Shown here in pieces: positions 50,723 to 64,000 of a stretch of DNA of 64,000 nt. The stretch is from Heterodontus francisci. Its lineage: Eukaryota. The position numbers and the translations under genes were made by a program. Positions within the stretch are counted from its first letter, which is position 1; every line of letters begins with the position of its first letter. The notes below the pieces were generated by a model. That model was not told the origin of the DNA. It did no database searches and worked only from the letters and a program-made list of their open reading frames with translations. The stretch lies in the NCBI RefSeq assembly GCF_036365525.1, contig NC_090400.1, positions 49,497,138-49,561,137 of the forward strand, in the 5' to 3' direction.

Positions 50723-51424
50723 GGACTGGATTTTACCCCAGGTGGACAGGAATTCGCAACCATTGTAAAAGTCGGTGACGAACCCGCTTCTGCCTAGCCT
50801 ATGGATCTGTCACATACTGGTCCCCGGGCTTTTATTGTCCCGAGGTGGGACTTCCACCTGTCTGAGGGAGGAGGTCCCGCCTCAGTGAGCTGCCGGCCAA
50901 TCAGCAGAGTGGGAGCGGTGGTCACTGCTGGAACTGCAGCCCAGCCGACAACATGGAGCCAGGAGTGAAGGTAAGTTGGGCATGCCTCACCAGGGGGATC
51001 TGTTGTGCCCTGGTGAGGCAAGGGTGGTCGGTTGGGGACGGGGGATGCCTTGGGTCCCGGGATGGGTTGGGAGGCGGGGGCGGTCCTCAATGGGGCACCC
51101 TGTGCCCAACTGCCATGGCACACCCCGGCGCCAGAAAGGCCGGCAGCTATTGCTGGGCAGCCTTTCACGTCCCCAGCACGCCTGCTTGTCACAGGTAAAA
51201 TACCTGTGGAGGCGGGCGAGGACCCTTAAGTGGCCATTAAGTGGTCACTTAAGGGCCTTGATTGACCTCAGGCGGGTGGGCTGTTCCCGCCCCCCACCGT
51301 AAAGTTGGCCGGAGATGGGAACAGGGCAAGAAGGCCTCCCAGAGCCTCCTGTTCCATTTTACGCCGCCCCCATCCCTCCCCAACGCCACCATACGACCCG
51401 CTGGGGCAGCGTAAAATTCATCCC
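50723..51424. mobile_element. MITE / non-autonomous DNA transposon (PIF/Harbinger-like) inserted in a SINE (50635-51615)
   Basis: Imperfect 14-bp terminal inverted repeats GGACTGGATTTTAC / GTAAAATTCATCCC, 3-bp CAT duplication, GC-rich interior; the host SINE resumes on both sides. Confidence 0.7.
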
Positions 51425-52099
51425 CATGAAACTATTGTTGATTGTTGTAAAAACCCATCTGGTTCAGTAATATCCTTTAGGGAAGGAAATCTGCCATCCT
51501 GGCCTGGTCTGGCCTACATGTAACTCCAGACCCACAGCAATGTGGTTGACTCTTAAAATGCCCTTTGAAATGGCCTAGCAAGAGATGCCCACATCCCACA
51601 AACGAATAATTAAAAAAATCACTCTGTGTCGTTTATTATTCTGTATTTTGGCTGAATGCCTGTGAGGAGTTGTAAGGGATTTTTTTTTGACAGGTCTTCT
51701 GAATTGGCTACAAATCTATTATTTTCCCTCTCCCAGGGGATGGGGCAGCAGGAGGAGGGGAACTGGTACATGGTGAACAAAAATAAGGTGAATACATACG
51801 GGCCCTGATGGCCTTTCTCAGCTTGGTTACATATAAAAATATGAATCATATTGAGCAACTTGTGTTATTTACAGTGATACAGAGTCTGAATCTAACAATA
51901 ACCACTAGGGGTAGCTAGTATTCCACAACATCTGTGGGTCTCCTTTTTTAAATAGGTCTTGCTGAGATCATTTTGTAAGAATCTATTAAAAATCTGAGTA
52001 CATTTAAAAAGTGATTATCTCTCTCTCCTCTTTAAAAAAAGATTAATATAGGGAGGGACTCTTCTACAGGACTCTGTTATAATCTTCACTTAGGTAAGC

Positions 52100-52490
52100 T
52101 TTATTTTGATAGATTTGATAAAAGTGTTCAAAATCATGAGGGGTCTAGACAGAGTAGATAGGAAGAAACTGCTCCCTTTGGCGGAGAGGTCGAGAACCAG
52201 AGGACACCAATTTAAGGTGATTGGCAAAAGAACCAAAGACAACATGAGAAAACGTTTTTTTACGCAGCAATTTGTGAGGATCTGGAATGCACTGCTTGAG
52301 AGGGTGGTGAAGGCAGATTCAATGGTGGCTTTCAAAAGGGAGTTGAATAAGCACCTGAAGATAAAACAATGTGCAGGGTTACTGGAAAAGAGTGGGGCAG
52401 TGGGGCTAACTGAATTGCTTTTGCAGTGAGCCGACGTGGACTCGATGGACTGAATGGCTTCCTTCTCCGTTGTAGGGATTCCATGATTCT
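52100..52490 (+). mobile_element. CR1 3' fragment
   Basis: DLIKVFKIMRGLDRVD...RTRGHQFK...FFTQQFVRIWNAL. Confidence 0.85.
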
Positions 52491-52509
52491 TAGTAGCTTC
52501 TGCCATTTA

Positions 52510-55500
52510 GGGGAGGCGGTGGCGTAATGTCACTGGACCGGTAATCCAGAGGCCCAGGCTGATGCTCTGGGGACCTGTGTTTGAAATTTGAATTCAATTA
52601 ATAAATCTGGAATTAAAAGCTAGTCTAATGGTGACCATGAAACCATCGACTGTTATAAAAACCCATCTGGTTCACTAATGTCCTTTAGGGAAAGAAATCT
52701 GCGGCCCTTACCTGGTCAGACCTCCATGTGACTCCAGACCCACAGCAATATGGTTGACTCTTAAGTGCCCTCTGAAATGGCCTAGCAAGCCACTCAGTTG
52801 TATCAAACCGCTACGAAGTCTAAGAAAAGGAATGAAACCGGACGGACCACCCGGCATCAACCTAGGCACCGGAAACGACAACGGCAAACCCAGCCCTGTC
52901 AACCCTGCAAAGTCCTCCTTACAATATCTGGGAGCTTGTGCCAAAATTGGGAGAGCTGTCCCACAGACAAGTCAAGTAACAGCCTGACATTGTCATACTC
53001 ACAGAATCATACTTTACAGACAATGTCCGAGCCACCACCATCGCCATCCCTGGGTATGTCCTGTCCCACTGGAAGGACAGACCCAGCAGAGGTGGTAGCA
53101 CAGATGTATACAGTAGGGAGGGAGTTGCTCTGGGAGTCCTCAACATTGACTCTAGACCCCATGAAGTCTCGTGGCATCAGGTAAAACATGGGCAAGGAAA
53201 CCTCCTGCTGATTGCCACCTACCATCCCCCCTCGGTTGATGAATCAGTACTTCCCTATGTTGAACACCAATTGGAGGAAGCACTGAGGGTGGCAAGGGCA
53301 CAGAATGTACTCTGGGTGGGGGACTTCAATGTCTTTCACCAAGAGTGGCTCGGTAGCACCACTACTGACCGAGCTGGCCGATTCCTAAAGGGAAAAGCTG
53401 CTAGCCTGGGTCTGTGGCAGGTGGTGAGGGAACCAACAAGAGGGAAAACCTAATTGACCTTGACCTCACCAATCTACCTGGTGCAGATGCATCTGTCTGT
53501 GACAGTATTGGTAGGAGTGACCACCGCACAGTCCTTATGGAGACGATGTCCCGTCTTCACATTGAGGATACCCACCATCGTATTGCATGACACTACCACC
53601 ATGCTAAATGGGAAAGATTTCAAACAAATCTCGCAACTCAAAACTGGGCATCCACGAGGCACTGTGGGCCATCAGCAGCAGAATTGCATTCAACCACAAT
53701 CTGTAATCTTATGGCCCAGCATATCTCCCACTCTACCACTCTACCATTACCATCAAGCTGGGGGACCAACCTGGTTCAATGAAAAATGCAAGAGGGCATG
53801 CCAGGAACAGCACCAGGCATACCTAAAAATGAGGTGTCAGCCTGTTGAAGCTACAACACAGGACTACTTGCGTGCCAAACAGCGTAAGCAGCATGCAATT
53901 GACAAAGCTAAGCGATCCCACAACCAACAGATCAGATCTAAGCTCTGCAGTCCTGCCACATCCAGTCATGAATGGTGGTGGACAATGAAACAACTAACAG
54001 GAGGAAGGTGGTCCACAAATATCCCCATTCTCAATGATAGGGGAGCCCAGCACATCAGTGCAAAAGACAAGGCTGAAGCATTTACATCCATCTTGAGCCA
54101 GAAGTGTTGAGATGATGATCCATCTCAGCCTCCTCCTGAGGTCTCCAGCATCACAGATGCCAGTCCTCAACTAATCTGATTCACTCCACGTGATATAAGA
54201 AACAGCTGAAGGCACAGGATACTGCAAAGGCTACAGGCCCTGACAATATTCCAGCAATAGTACTGAAGACTTGTGCTCCAGAACGGGCCACGCCCCTAGC
54301 CAAGCTGCCCCAGTACAGCTACAACACTGGCATCTATCCAGCAATGTGGAAAATTGCCCAGGTATGTCCTGTCCACAAAAAGCAGGACAAAACAAACCCA
54401 GCCAATTACCGCCGTATCAGTCTACTCTTGATCATCAGCGAAGTGATGGAAGGGATCGCCAACAGTGCTATCAAACTGCACTTGCTTCGCAATAATCTGC
54501 TCAGTGACACTCAGTTTGGGTTCCGCCAGGACCACTCAGCTCCTGACCTCATTACAGCCTTGGGCCAAACATGAACAGAAGAACTGAACTCAAGAGGTGA
54601 GGTGAGAGTGACTGCCCTGACACCAAGGCAGCATTTGATCAAGTATGGCATCAAGGAGCCCTAGCAAAACTGAAGTCAATGGGAATCAAGGGGAAAACTC
54701 TGCTGGTTGGAGTCATACCTAGCACAAAGGAAGATGGTTGTGGTTGTTGGAGGTTAATCATCTCAGTCCCAAGACATCACTGCAGGAGTTCCTCAGGGTA
54801 GTGTCCAAGGCCCAACCATCTTCAGCTGCTTCATCAATGACCTTCCCCCCATCATAAGGTTAGAAGTGGGGATGTTCACTGATGATTGCACCATTCGCAA
54901 CTCCTCAGATACTGAAGCAGCCCGTCTCCAAATGCAGCAAGACCTGGACAATATCCAGACTTGGGCTGATACGTGGCAAGTAACATCTCAAACAAGGGAG
55001 AATTTAACCATCTCCCCTTGACGTTTAAGGGCATTACCATCACTGAATCCCCCATATCAACATCCTGAGGGTTACTATTGACCAGAAACTGAACTGGACC
55101 AGCCACATAAGTGCTGTGGCTACAAGAACAGGTCAAAGGCTAGGAATTCTGTCGTGAGTAACTCATCTCCTGATTCCTCAAAGCCTGTCACCATCTACAA
55201 GGCACAAGCCAGGAGTGTGATGGAATACTCTCCACTTGCCTGGATGGGTGCAGCTCCAACAACACTCAAGAAGCTCGACACCATCCAGGACAAAGCAGCC
55301 CGCTTGACTGGCACCCAATCTACAAACATTCACTCCCTCCACCACCGATGCACAGTGGCAGCAATGTGTACCATCTACAAGATGCACTGCAGCAACTCAC
55401 CAAGGTTCCTTCGACAGCATCTTCCAAACCCGTGACCTCTACCACCTAGCAGGACAAGGGCAGCAAATGCATGGAATACCACCACCTGCAATTTCCCTTC

Positions 55501-55725
55501 AAGCCACACACCATCCTGACTTGGAACTATATCGCCGTTCCTTAACTGTTGCAGGGTCAAAATCCTGGAACTCCCTTCCTAACAGCACTTTGGGTATACC
55601 TACGCCACATGAACTGCAGCGGTTCAAGAAGGCAGCTCACCACCACCTTCTCAAGGGCAATTAGGGATGGGCAATAAATGCTGGCCTAGACAGCGACGCC
55701 CACATCCTACGAATGAATAAAAAAC
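52510..55725 (+). mobile_element. Near full-length decayed CR1-group LINE (APE and RT) with a tRNA-like 5' head
   Basis: PDIVILTES; VGDFNVFHQEWLGS; WKIAQVCPVHKKQDK..PANYRRIS; GVPQGS; SVMEYSPLAW; A-rich tail. Multiple stops and frameshifts. Confidence 0.9.
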
Positions 55726-57145
55726 AATTCAGGCGTAATTTATTATGAGTATTCCTGATACCATGCATCTGATTACATACAAATACTTACATTGTATATT
55801 GTGGAAGTCAAAATCTTGAAGGTTGCTTTGAATCTTCTCAGACCAATTTTGTCCATGTAACACACAGCACCAATATGTTCTCACACTAAGTCCTACTATT
55901 AATCTGGAATGGAGGTGGTGTACTGCTTGGCATACCCTCCCACTGGCAGAGTCAAGGTTAATAGAAGACAGGTTAAGCAATGAATTAGCACCACGTCACA
56001 TTGTGTAACAGTTAATTTTAGATGCAGAAAGCATTGACTGGAATATACAGGTAGTGGGTTCCAGAGAATAAAAACCTGCTTCTGCCCAAAATTCCCAATT
56101 GCTCTGTCACTGCTAAATAGGTTTCATTTTTCTTAGCTGAACTCAGCTGGGACAACAGTGCAGCTGATACATTTGGTATCAATATCTGCGGGGGGAAGAG
56201 GAAGTGGGGAGAAAGTGAGGAGGAAGGATGAAGGATAGAGGAGGATGGAGTTAAGGGGAGGACGGGAGGGGGAGGAAGGGAGGGGAAAGGGGAATGCAGG
56301 ATCAGCCAGGGTCTTATTTTAAATAGGTAGTGAGAAAATTCAGCCAGGTAAATTTCCAGCGAAGGAACATAAACCAGTTACTCCGCTTAATGGGGCGACA
56401 CCACTGATACTCCTTTAGAGGGGATCTGACCCACTGAAAGTTAGCAAACTAAATTAAAGAGCTGGGTCAGGAGCAAAACTTCCATGCAGTGCCCACTGAT
56501 TACAGACAGCATTTAGCGAACCAGTGGACACCACAAGTTTTTGTTAAGCCTTGAAATGTGGGTAAGTCTATTTTGGAAAAGCACCCGAGGATGGGCAGCA
56601 TCCACGGTACAATAGCCCAGCAAGAATCGGGATAGGAGGTGGGGGTTTCTATGTATAGAGTTAGAGCACAGAAGGAGGCCATTCGGCCCATCGTACCTGT
56701 CCCAGCTGCTTTGAAAATGCTTTCCGATTAGTTCCACTTTGCTGCTCTTTCTCCATAGCCCTACAAAACTTTCCTTTAGTTTCCCTCCATTATTTAGTGC
56801 TGACGACCCGCATATTGAACATTTAAGGTTGCATTCACTTCTGAAGAAAGGTGTGCGGACTGCATACAAAATATAATGAAGAACATTAAAGTACATCCAA
56901 CCTAATAAAATCCTTATTTTTTGTGTAAAGTAAACGCTAGGTTCTGGGTTTTTAGTTTATAGAACAACACACCAACATCTAGCTCTCAGTAACAATTCAT
57001 TTTTATCATTTCATATGCACAGAAAAATAGATTTCGAGGTGAAGCTTTCTTATTTGAAAAAGTAGCTCGTTGGAGGGACTAAGTTCTGGATTCCTATTCA
57101 TTTGAATTATATGAAAATTGAAAAGCCCAAAGCAAAAGAGAAACA

Positions 57146-58175
57146 GGAACATAGGAGCAGGAGTAGGCCATTCAGCCCATCGAGCCTGTTCCACCATTCA
57201 TGATAATCATGGCTGATCATCCACTTCAATGCCTTTTATGATTTATGATTTAGAGATACAGCACTGAAACAGGCCCTTCGGCCCACCGAGTCTGTGCCGA
57301 CCATTATACTAATCCTACACTAATCCCATATTCCTATCACATCCTCACCTGTTCTTATATTCCCCTACCACCTACCTATACTAGGGGAAATTTATAATGG
57401 CCAATTTACCTATCAACCTGCAAGTCTTTTGGCTGTGGGAGGAAACTGGAGCACCCGGAGGAAACCCACGCAGACACAGGGAGAACTTGCAAACTCCACA
57501 CAGGTAGTGCCCAGAATTGAACCCGGGTCGCTGGAGCTGTGAGGCTGCGGTGCTAACCACTGTGCCGCCCCACACTATCCCCATATCCCCTTACGTCATT
57601 GGTATTTAGAAATCTGTCAATCTCTGCTTTAAACATACTCAATGACTGAGCTTCCACAGCCCTCTGAGTAAATTCCACAGTAGAGAATTCCAAAGATTCA
57701 CAACCCTCTGAGTAAAGAAATTTCTCCTCATCTCCGTTCTAAGTGGCTTCCACCTTATTTTGAAATTGTGTCCCCTGGTTCTAGACTCCCCAACTAGGGG
57801 AAACATCTTACCTGCATCTACCCTGTCTATCCCTCCAAAAGTATTTTGTAGATTTCAATGAGATCACCTCTCATTCTTCAAAACTCTAGAGAATACAGGC
57901 CCAGTTTCCCTAATCTCTTTTCATAGGCCAGTCCCGCCATCCCGGGAACAAGTCTGGTGAACCTTTGTTGCACTCCCTCTATGGCAATAATATCCTTCCT
58001 AAGGTAAGGGGACCAAAACTGCACACAGTATTCCAGGTGCAGTCTAACCAAGGTTCTATACAATTGAAGTAAGACTTCACTACTCCTGCATTCAAATCCT
58101 CTTGCGATAAAGGCGACCATACCAATAGCCTTCCGAATTGCTTGCTACATCTGCATGTTAGCTTTCAGTGACTTA
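57146..58175 (-). mobile_element. CR1 3' fragment containing an HE1-like V-SINE (~57236-57571, minus strand)
   Basis: LVRLHLEYCVQFWSPYLRKDIIAIEGVQQRFTRL; the SINE matches 11183-11530. Confidence 0.88.
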
Positions 58176-60409
58176 TGAATTGTGCAGAGTTCCAGATTAA
58201 GATATCTTGACCAGAGCCACTACAAGAAGTGCTCTCACTCATCCAAGTGCTGGCTGAACACTTAGCAGTGGGCCTGTAACCTGAAGCCTCCCAAAACTGG
58301 TGATGCATTCCTGCTCCCATTGTCCCCTTTCACCGTTAGTCTGTTTCTGCCTTTCTCCTCTTCGACTGTCTGGACTCCAATTACAAACGGGACAGCATGG
58401 CTGTGTGTATGTGCAGAATTGGTGGAGCAGATCCCCAGCACAAACGGATGAGCTCCCACTTAATCCATCCACTGGATTCGTGCACTGCTCTTAATGGGTG
58501 GAACGCTATCAGCCACGCAGAGGTGGCTTTGGAGGCAATCCTGGCGCCGAGCTGGAGGCTGGGTCATACTGACACCGGCTACCCACCTGACAGCGGCAAG
58601 TAGCCTATCAGTGACAATTAAGTGGCCACATGAAGGCAGATTGGTGACACCACCAGAATCTTCTCGATGGTGGTCAAGCCCACCAGCTGAAGCTGAAGTC
58701 TGGCAGATGGCTGCAGGTGGTCTCTTGGTGGCAGGCTGGGAGGCCAGGAAGGCCTCCTTTAATTCCCCCCCTACTGGTTTCCCCTCCACAATGATGGCCT
58801 GGTTCAGGAGATACCCTGTTGGTTGCCCTGTTCACTCAGGTCCCAGATGGCCTGCTTCCCTCGCTGCAACATTTTCAGTTCGCACTTTCAGCAATTTTGC
58901 AGGCAACGTTTTTTTTTGAGCTGAAGGATGCAGGGGGAGTCTAGCTAATGGCAGAATTTCTAAATACAAATTCTAGTTTACTCTGGCGAAGTCTGGAGAA
59001 GTACCAGATTTGGCAGATACAGTTCTGGTACAAAATTTGACCATTGTGTTTGAGGAGGAAACTAAAGGCTAATTCATTTCAAGTCTTCCAACAGGGGGCA
59101 CTCATAACACGTCAAGCAGCCGAGTGCCCTCCAGCGCCTGTGCAAACAAGCCTCATTACCCGTCTTGACAGCGCTAGATTGTCCCCAGCAAGCAGCCTGT
59201 CTTCAGATATAATTAACTACTCTTTCATCCTTACCCATTTATAAGATTCAAGCCTACAATTACAGGTGTGAGGCAAGGTACAGTGGAGGATCTAGCAGTT
59301 TAAAGAAATCATCGGTCCTTCTAAAACAGCACCAAAAAGATTTATTAAACCAGTGCGCACTAAGAACCAACCTTATAGACAAACATATTAACAGGGTTAG
59401 TTTATTCTACAGCATCAAGAATCCTGGGAATTGAGTTGAGCTTTTTACAAGCTTAAAGGAGCTCAACTATTAATTTATTACACTTCCCTCCAGATTTATA
59501 ATAAATATGTTGCTATGTTGAAAATGAGAACACGGGAAGTGTGGTTGGCATCTAATTCGTTCCTGTCTCATTTTTTTCCGTCGTTCCGTCCCCTTTTCGT
59601 AAACTGCAAGTTTATTAAACGGAACCAAAATATTAAGGTAATCGTCTCACAATGTGATTGCCTGTTAACTTTCATATTTAGGAATTGCAATCCTTTTTAG
59701 CCAGCGTATAATTGAGTCACGGATGGATTGAGCTGTGTGGGTTTGTGCTTTCCGTGGCTTGTGTCTGTTGAGCAGAAATCCTCTGACCTGAAACGTTACC
59801 TGTGTTTCTCTCTCCACGGATGCTGCAGGACCAGGTCCATCACAGGGGCGGGGGTATAAATTCGTATGCTATTTTGGTGTAACAGAATGCCAAAGTTTAG
59901 GAGTAAGTCATGTGGGAGGAAACCGCAAGTTGAATACTCCCACCTTCCTGACAGAAAACAACTCCCGTTTAACGATAAATAAATATTTTTAGTCCCCTGC
60001 TCCTCATTACGCAATGTTCCTCTTAGGACCCGCATCAAAAATATGAAATAATTGGATACAATTTGCATACATTACTTATTTCCATATTTTCCTGGTCATA
60101 ATGAAAGCCAAGAAACACAAATTAATGGTCCTGGGAAGAGGCACTGACTTCAGCTGCAGTTACTTAGATCACAAAACAAATCGCCACTTCGAATAGCATC
60201 CAATTAACCATATCATATTGACAGACTGTTACTATGCGAAAGTGCATCTGCATAGAGCCTGCATCGTCCGCAACTCAGTCTACACAAATTAAATTCCAAC
60301 CAACCATTCAGTGGCAGTGTAACTCGTTGGAAATTGAATTTCTTCACATTTAGTTTCACTTGGAGTGCATTGCACTTGTATGGCATTCTTACAACGCACA
60401 GCAAAATTG

Positions 60410-60785
60410 GGGAGATGGTGGCATAATGGTACTATCACTGGAATAACCCAGAGGCCCAGCTTAATGCCCTGGACACATGGGTTCATGGGACATGGCTGCT
60501 GGTGCAATAAAAATTCAATTCATTACTAAATGTAATTATTTAGCAAAAAAAAAATCGAATTGAAAGCTATCAATTGCCATAACAACCCATCTGGTTTGCT
60601 AATGTCCTTTAGGGAAGGAAATATGCTGTCTACCTGGTCAGGCCTACACGTGACTCCAGACCCATAGCAATATTAACTCTTAACTTCCCTCTGAAATGGC
60701 CTACCAACCCAGTCAGTTGTCAACAGCAATTAGGGTTGGACAACAAATGCTGGCCTCCCCACCAGTCCAAGAAAGAATAAAATAA
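60410..60785 (+). mobile_element. SINE-like derivative of the 52.5-55.7 kb LINE
   Basis: GGTGGCATAATGG...CCCATCTGGTT...GTCCTTTAGGGAAGGAAA...CAATTAGGG..GGACAACAAATGCTGGCC. Confidence 0.7.
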
Positions 60786-62069
60786 AATATCAATAAGGGC
60801 TCTAGCAAAATATTCACTACATATTTTGAAATACAATATCCGATTCAGGGATGCAGTTTCTTGCTTTATACATTTCTCAACTCCACCCCTCTCCCTCTTC
60901 CCAGGCCATACGTCCCTTGTCCAAGGCAGGGAGGGCAGGTTCTGGGCACCACTCATGCCATTTAGCTGTCTATATGGAGGCATCCCCCACACCAACAGTG
61001 ATGGCCTCTTCTGTGCCTCATTACGTTGCCCTTGAGCAATAGATCTTTGCTACATGTGGATATTAAGGCATATGGAGCAAAGGCAGGTAAATGGCATTGA
61101 GGTACAAATCTGAATGGCAGAACATGCTCAAGGGGCTGAATGGTCTATACCTTTTCCTATTATACACCTCCACAGAAAAATATTTAGCACACTTTTACAG
61201 ATTAATGGTTAAGGATTCAATGCCATTGCAATATTTGGGTGGGGCAGTGAAGAGGGGAGGGGGAGGGATAGTTGCTTTGTAACTGTACCTGGTTAAACCC
61301 AATGCAGACTAATCACCTGATCTAGGCCAGCTGTGACACGCATCACAAAATTTAATTGTACATTCATACATTATTAATTACCCATTAATTGCAATGAATC
61401 AGAATTACCAAAGTTCTAATTATAGTAGTACAAGGCAGAGAGCTCTAGGTGAAAGATAAGTTAAAACAAATCAGAATTATTAAAGTTGTCACAACTATAC
61501 ACTCCCAATCAAGGTGCAAGCTAAAGCTTGAAATGGACATCTATTTTGGTGAAATTAAAAAAGATTCTTTAACTTAAAGGACTAGATATCCATAAATTAG
61601 TTTTTATATATATTCAGCTGCCTGCCACAATAAGGTCATCCAAGATCTGATTTAGTGTCAGGCTGCTAATCATTGTCCAGGGCTAAGGCCAGAGGGCAGG
61701 CTGCATGATCAAACTTGGTCAAAACCAAAATATTTGAAACTATTATAAAGGCTGGAGGAAAATAAAGAATACAGGAAAGCCAATTGTCCCCTCTCTACTC
61801 AGGAGTGCACTGATCAATTGCAACACCCCTACCATCCCACAGCAGGAATGGCTAAGTTAGCAGAGACCTAGGATCAAACCCAAGAACGTACTGGTCTATT
61901 TGGCTCAGGTGCTCACCAAATAAACTCAACGAGCCACTGCAGAAATTCCTTAATTGGAGTTTTCAATTACAAATAAATTGATTACTGTATTTTTCCATTG
62001 CTACAAATTGATCCAAAGAACTGGTACAAATCAAGTTAATTCATTTTGGGGGCATATGCAGTCGTAGAG

Positions 62070-62270
62070 GGGGACAAGGTAGCCCAGTTGGCTAGCGTGT
62101 GGTTCAGAACGTCAACAGCGCGAGTTCAATTCCCGTTCCAGTCTGATGAAGGCAGTAGGTTAACCACCTCATACACCCTCTTCCCTCGTCATGCTCATCT
62201 CTCCTGGGTGGAGAAAACAAAAGACCTGCCCTTGGGCAGACCACCACCACGGCACAGCACTCACTAGTAG
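62070..62270 (+). mobile_element. Degenerate tRNA-derived SINE
   Basis: A-box TAGCCCAGTTGG and B-box GAGTTCAATTCC; no intact cloverleaf. Confidence 0.45.
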
Positions 62271-64000
62271 AATCACAGAAGTTTACCACATAGGTCATTT
62301 GGAGCAACGTGTGTGAACTCTTTGCTAGACTGCATTGGCCCTTTGAAACAGCAATATTAAAGAATTAGGATTAATATTTTTTGTAACATTTGTTTGAATA
62401 GTGGGTGATGACTTCGGAGAATTGGCTTGGGAAAATTACTGAATGCAACATATGTTTTTGGTGGGGGGGGGGGGGGAATGATTGACTTAGTATCTAGGGT
62501 TAATTAGGGTTGACAAATGTTAATTTGGCTCACTTTAATGTCAGACTCTGTAGAAAACTGCCTTTAATGAGTTAATGAAAGACAAAATTGTAAAAAAAAA
62601 AAAGGAAATGTGCATAATCCTCTCTATCAGCACCTATTCATGTAGAAATGACTGGTTTTAAGGGTTGGAGAAAAAGGGGCCAAAACAGATGGAAATATCA
62701 CTTCTCTACCCTGCCCCCCAAAACAGTAGTAGATAGGTGGAACTGACTTCTATCAAAAGCAGTAAATGTGATTTAGCCAGCTCGCTCTTTGACAGAGTTA
62801 ACATCCAATTAGGAACTAACTGATAATAGGTAATAATGATTAGAATGAGATAAATACTCCAGAGAACAATATTATTCCTATGTTATTGGGACTGTGGAAT
62901 TGCCATCTGTGGAAAGTCTGTGGTCAGGCCTCAATGATGGAGGTTTCACACAATTGTCCCTTGGGTGCAGGGGAGAAAATTTTGCAGAACTTTCTCCTAC
63001 GTGGGCAGAATCCATTGATCAGTGGAAGATGTGAACTTGATGGTTTGAACGGCCTTTTCCTCTTTCATGTTTTCTTCCATCAGTAAACCAATGTAGCAGT
63101 ACGCAACACACTGCCACATGAAGGCTCTTCTCCCACCTTGTTATTTTCTGTGTCTCTCAGCTTAGTAAATGAATTGCAGCTCTGTGGATAACTGCATGTG
63201 AATATTAGTGATAGCTGGAATTCCAATTTCGGTGTCAAAGTGCTTAGAGCCGTAGCTATCAAGCTGCCCCATCCTACAGCATGTGGCCATGTCCAATACA
63301 AGCTGGCAGAACAGCAGTAACTAACATTTCATTATCCATTTACAGAAAGAAACCTGAGGTACGAAAGTACCAATAAACACAACTATCTAGATGTTTATAT
63401 CCATCTCAGCATTTGTTGATACTTGAATCTGTAGCAATGTATAGTAACTTACATGCTCAGATTACATTTAGCACATGCATGTCATTTCCATTTACTGATT
63501 TATACTGAGCTCCTGTTTTATTTCTTTAAAATAATCCATCTTTAGTTTACTGTTACTCAAGGTCTTGTTTGTGAATTGTGTAGAGGTTCAAGGCAAGTGA
63601 CTGGTACTGAATAAACCCCAAATACACCACTCTAACCAAATCAAACAGTCCCTAAACATACCGAAAACAATTCCAGTCATTGAGTAGATTGATGTTGGAA
63701 GGAAAAAGCGATCATAGAAATGAAAATGCAGTTAACTGATCGTAATCCAAACTAACCTTTTGCAATTCCATACTTTTTTTTTTTGAAAGAGCTAGGGAGA
63801 AGAAAACTCAGTAAATTTTAGTAATGCTTTTGTGAGCAGAGCTCTAATTCAGGAGAATTAAAAATGTCCCTATTCATAGAAAGGACACATAAAAGTCTGG
63901 AATATTCAAACAAAGCAAGAAAAATGATATGTTTATGTTCTTCGCCACGTAACTAATTACATAAGACAACTAAACTCAACAGAAACATGTTTTTACTCAA

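Noticed and set aside
62075-62160. tRNA gene, and a CTGATGA hammerhead core
   Set aside because: A and B boxes are present but there is no acceptor stem or cloverleaf; the CTGATGA lacks a following helix II and GAAA.
63080-63301. Possible exon of the next syntenic gene (NLK expected on this side)
   Set aside because: No recognisable protein similarity, and stops occur in all frames near the candidate splice sites.

Overview
This is eukaryotic genomic DNA, almost certainly from a cartilaginous fish (shark or ray), judged from HE1/V-SINE, DeuSINE, CR1 and Penelope repeat content. It holds the conserved vertebrate block TNFAIP1 (minus strand, five coding exons visible, last exon beyond base 1), IFT20 (plus strand, four coding exons, complete 132 aa) and TMEM97 (minus strand, three exons, complete 171 aa). 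TNFAIP1 and IFT20 share a bidirectional NRF1/ETS/GC-box promoter. The rest is intron and intergenic sequence dense in transposon relics. The most interesting signals are: (1) Penelope-derived minimal hammerhead ribozyme motifs, one with an intact core inside the bidirectional promoter and another just upstream of TMEM97; (2) a decayed but structurally readable Ty1/Copia (GalEa-like) element with a perfect tRNA-iMet primer-binding site; (3) a LINE with a tRNA-like head and its SINE-like deletion derivatives; (4) several template-switch and nested-insertion footprints; and (5) a perfect 25-bp hairpin in IFT20 intron 1. Everything was read by eye, so repeat boundaries are approximate and family names rest on recalled motifs, not database searches.
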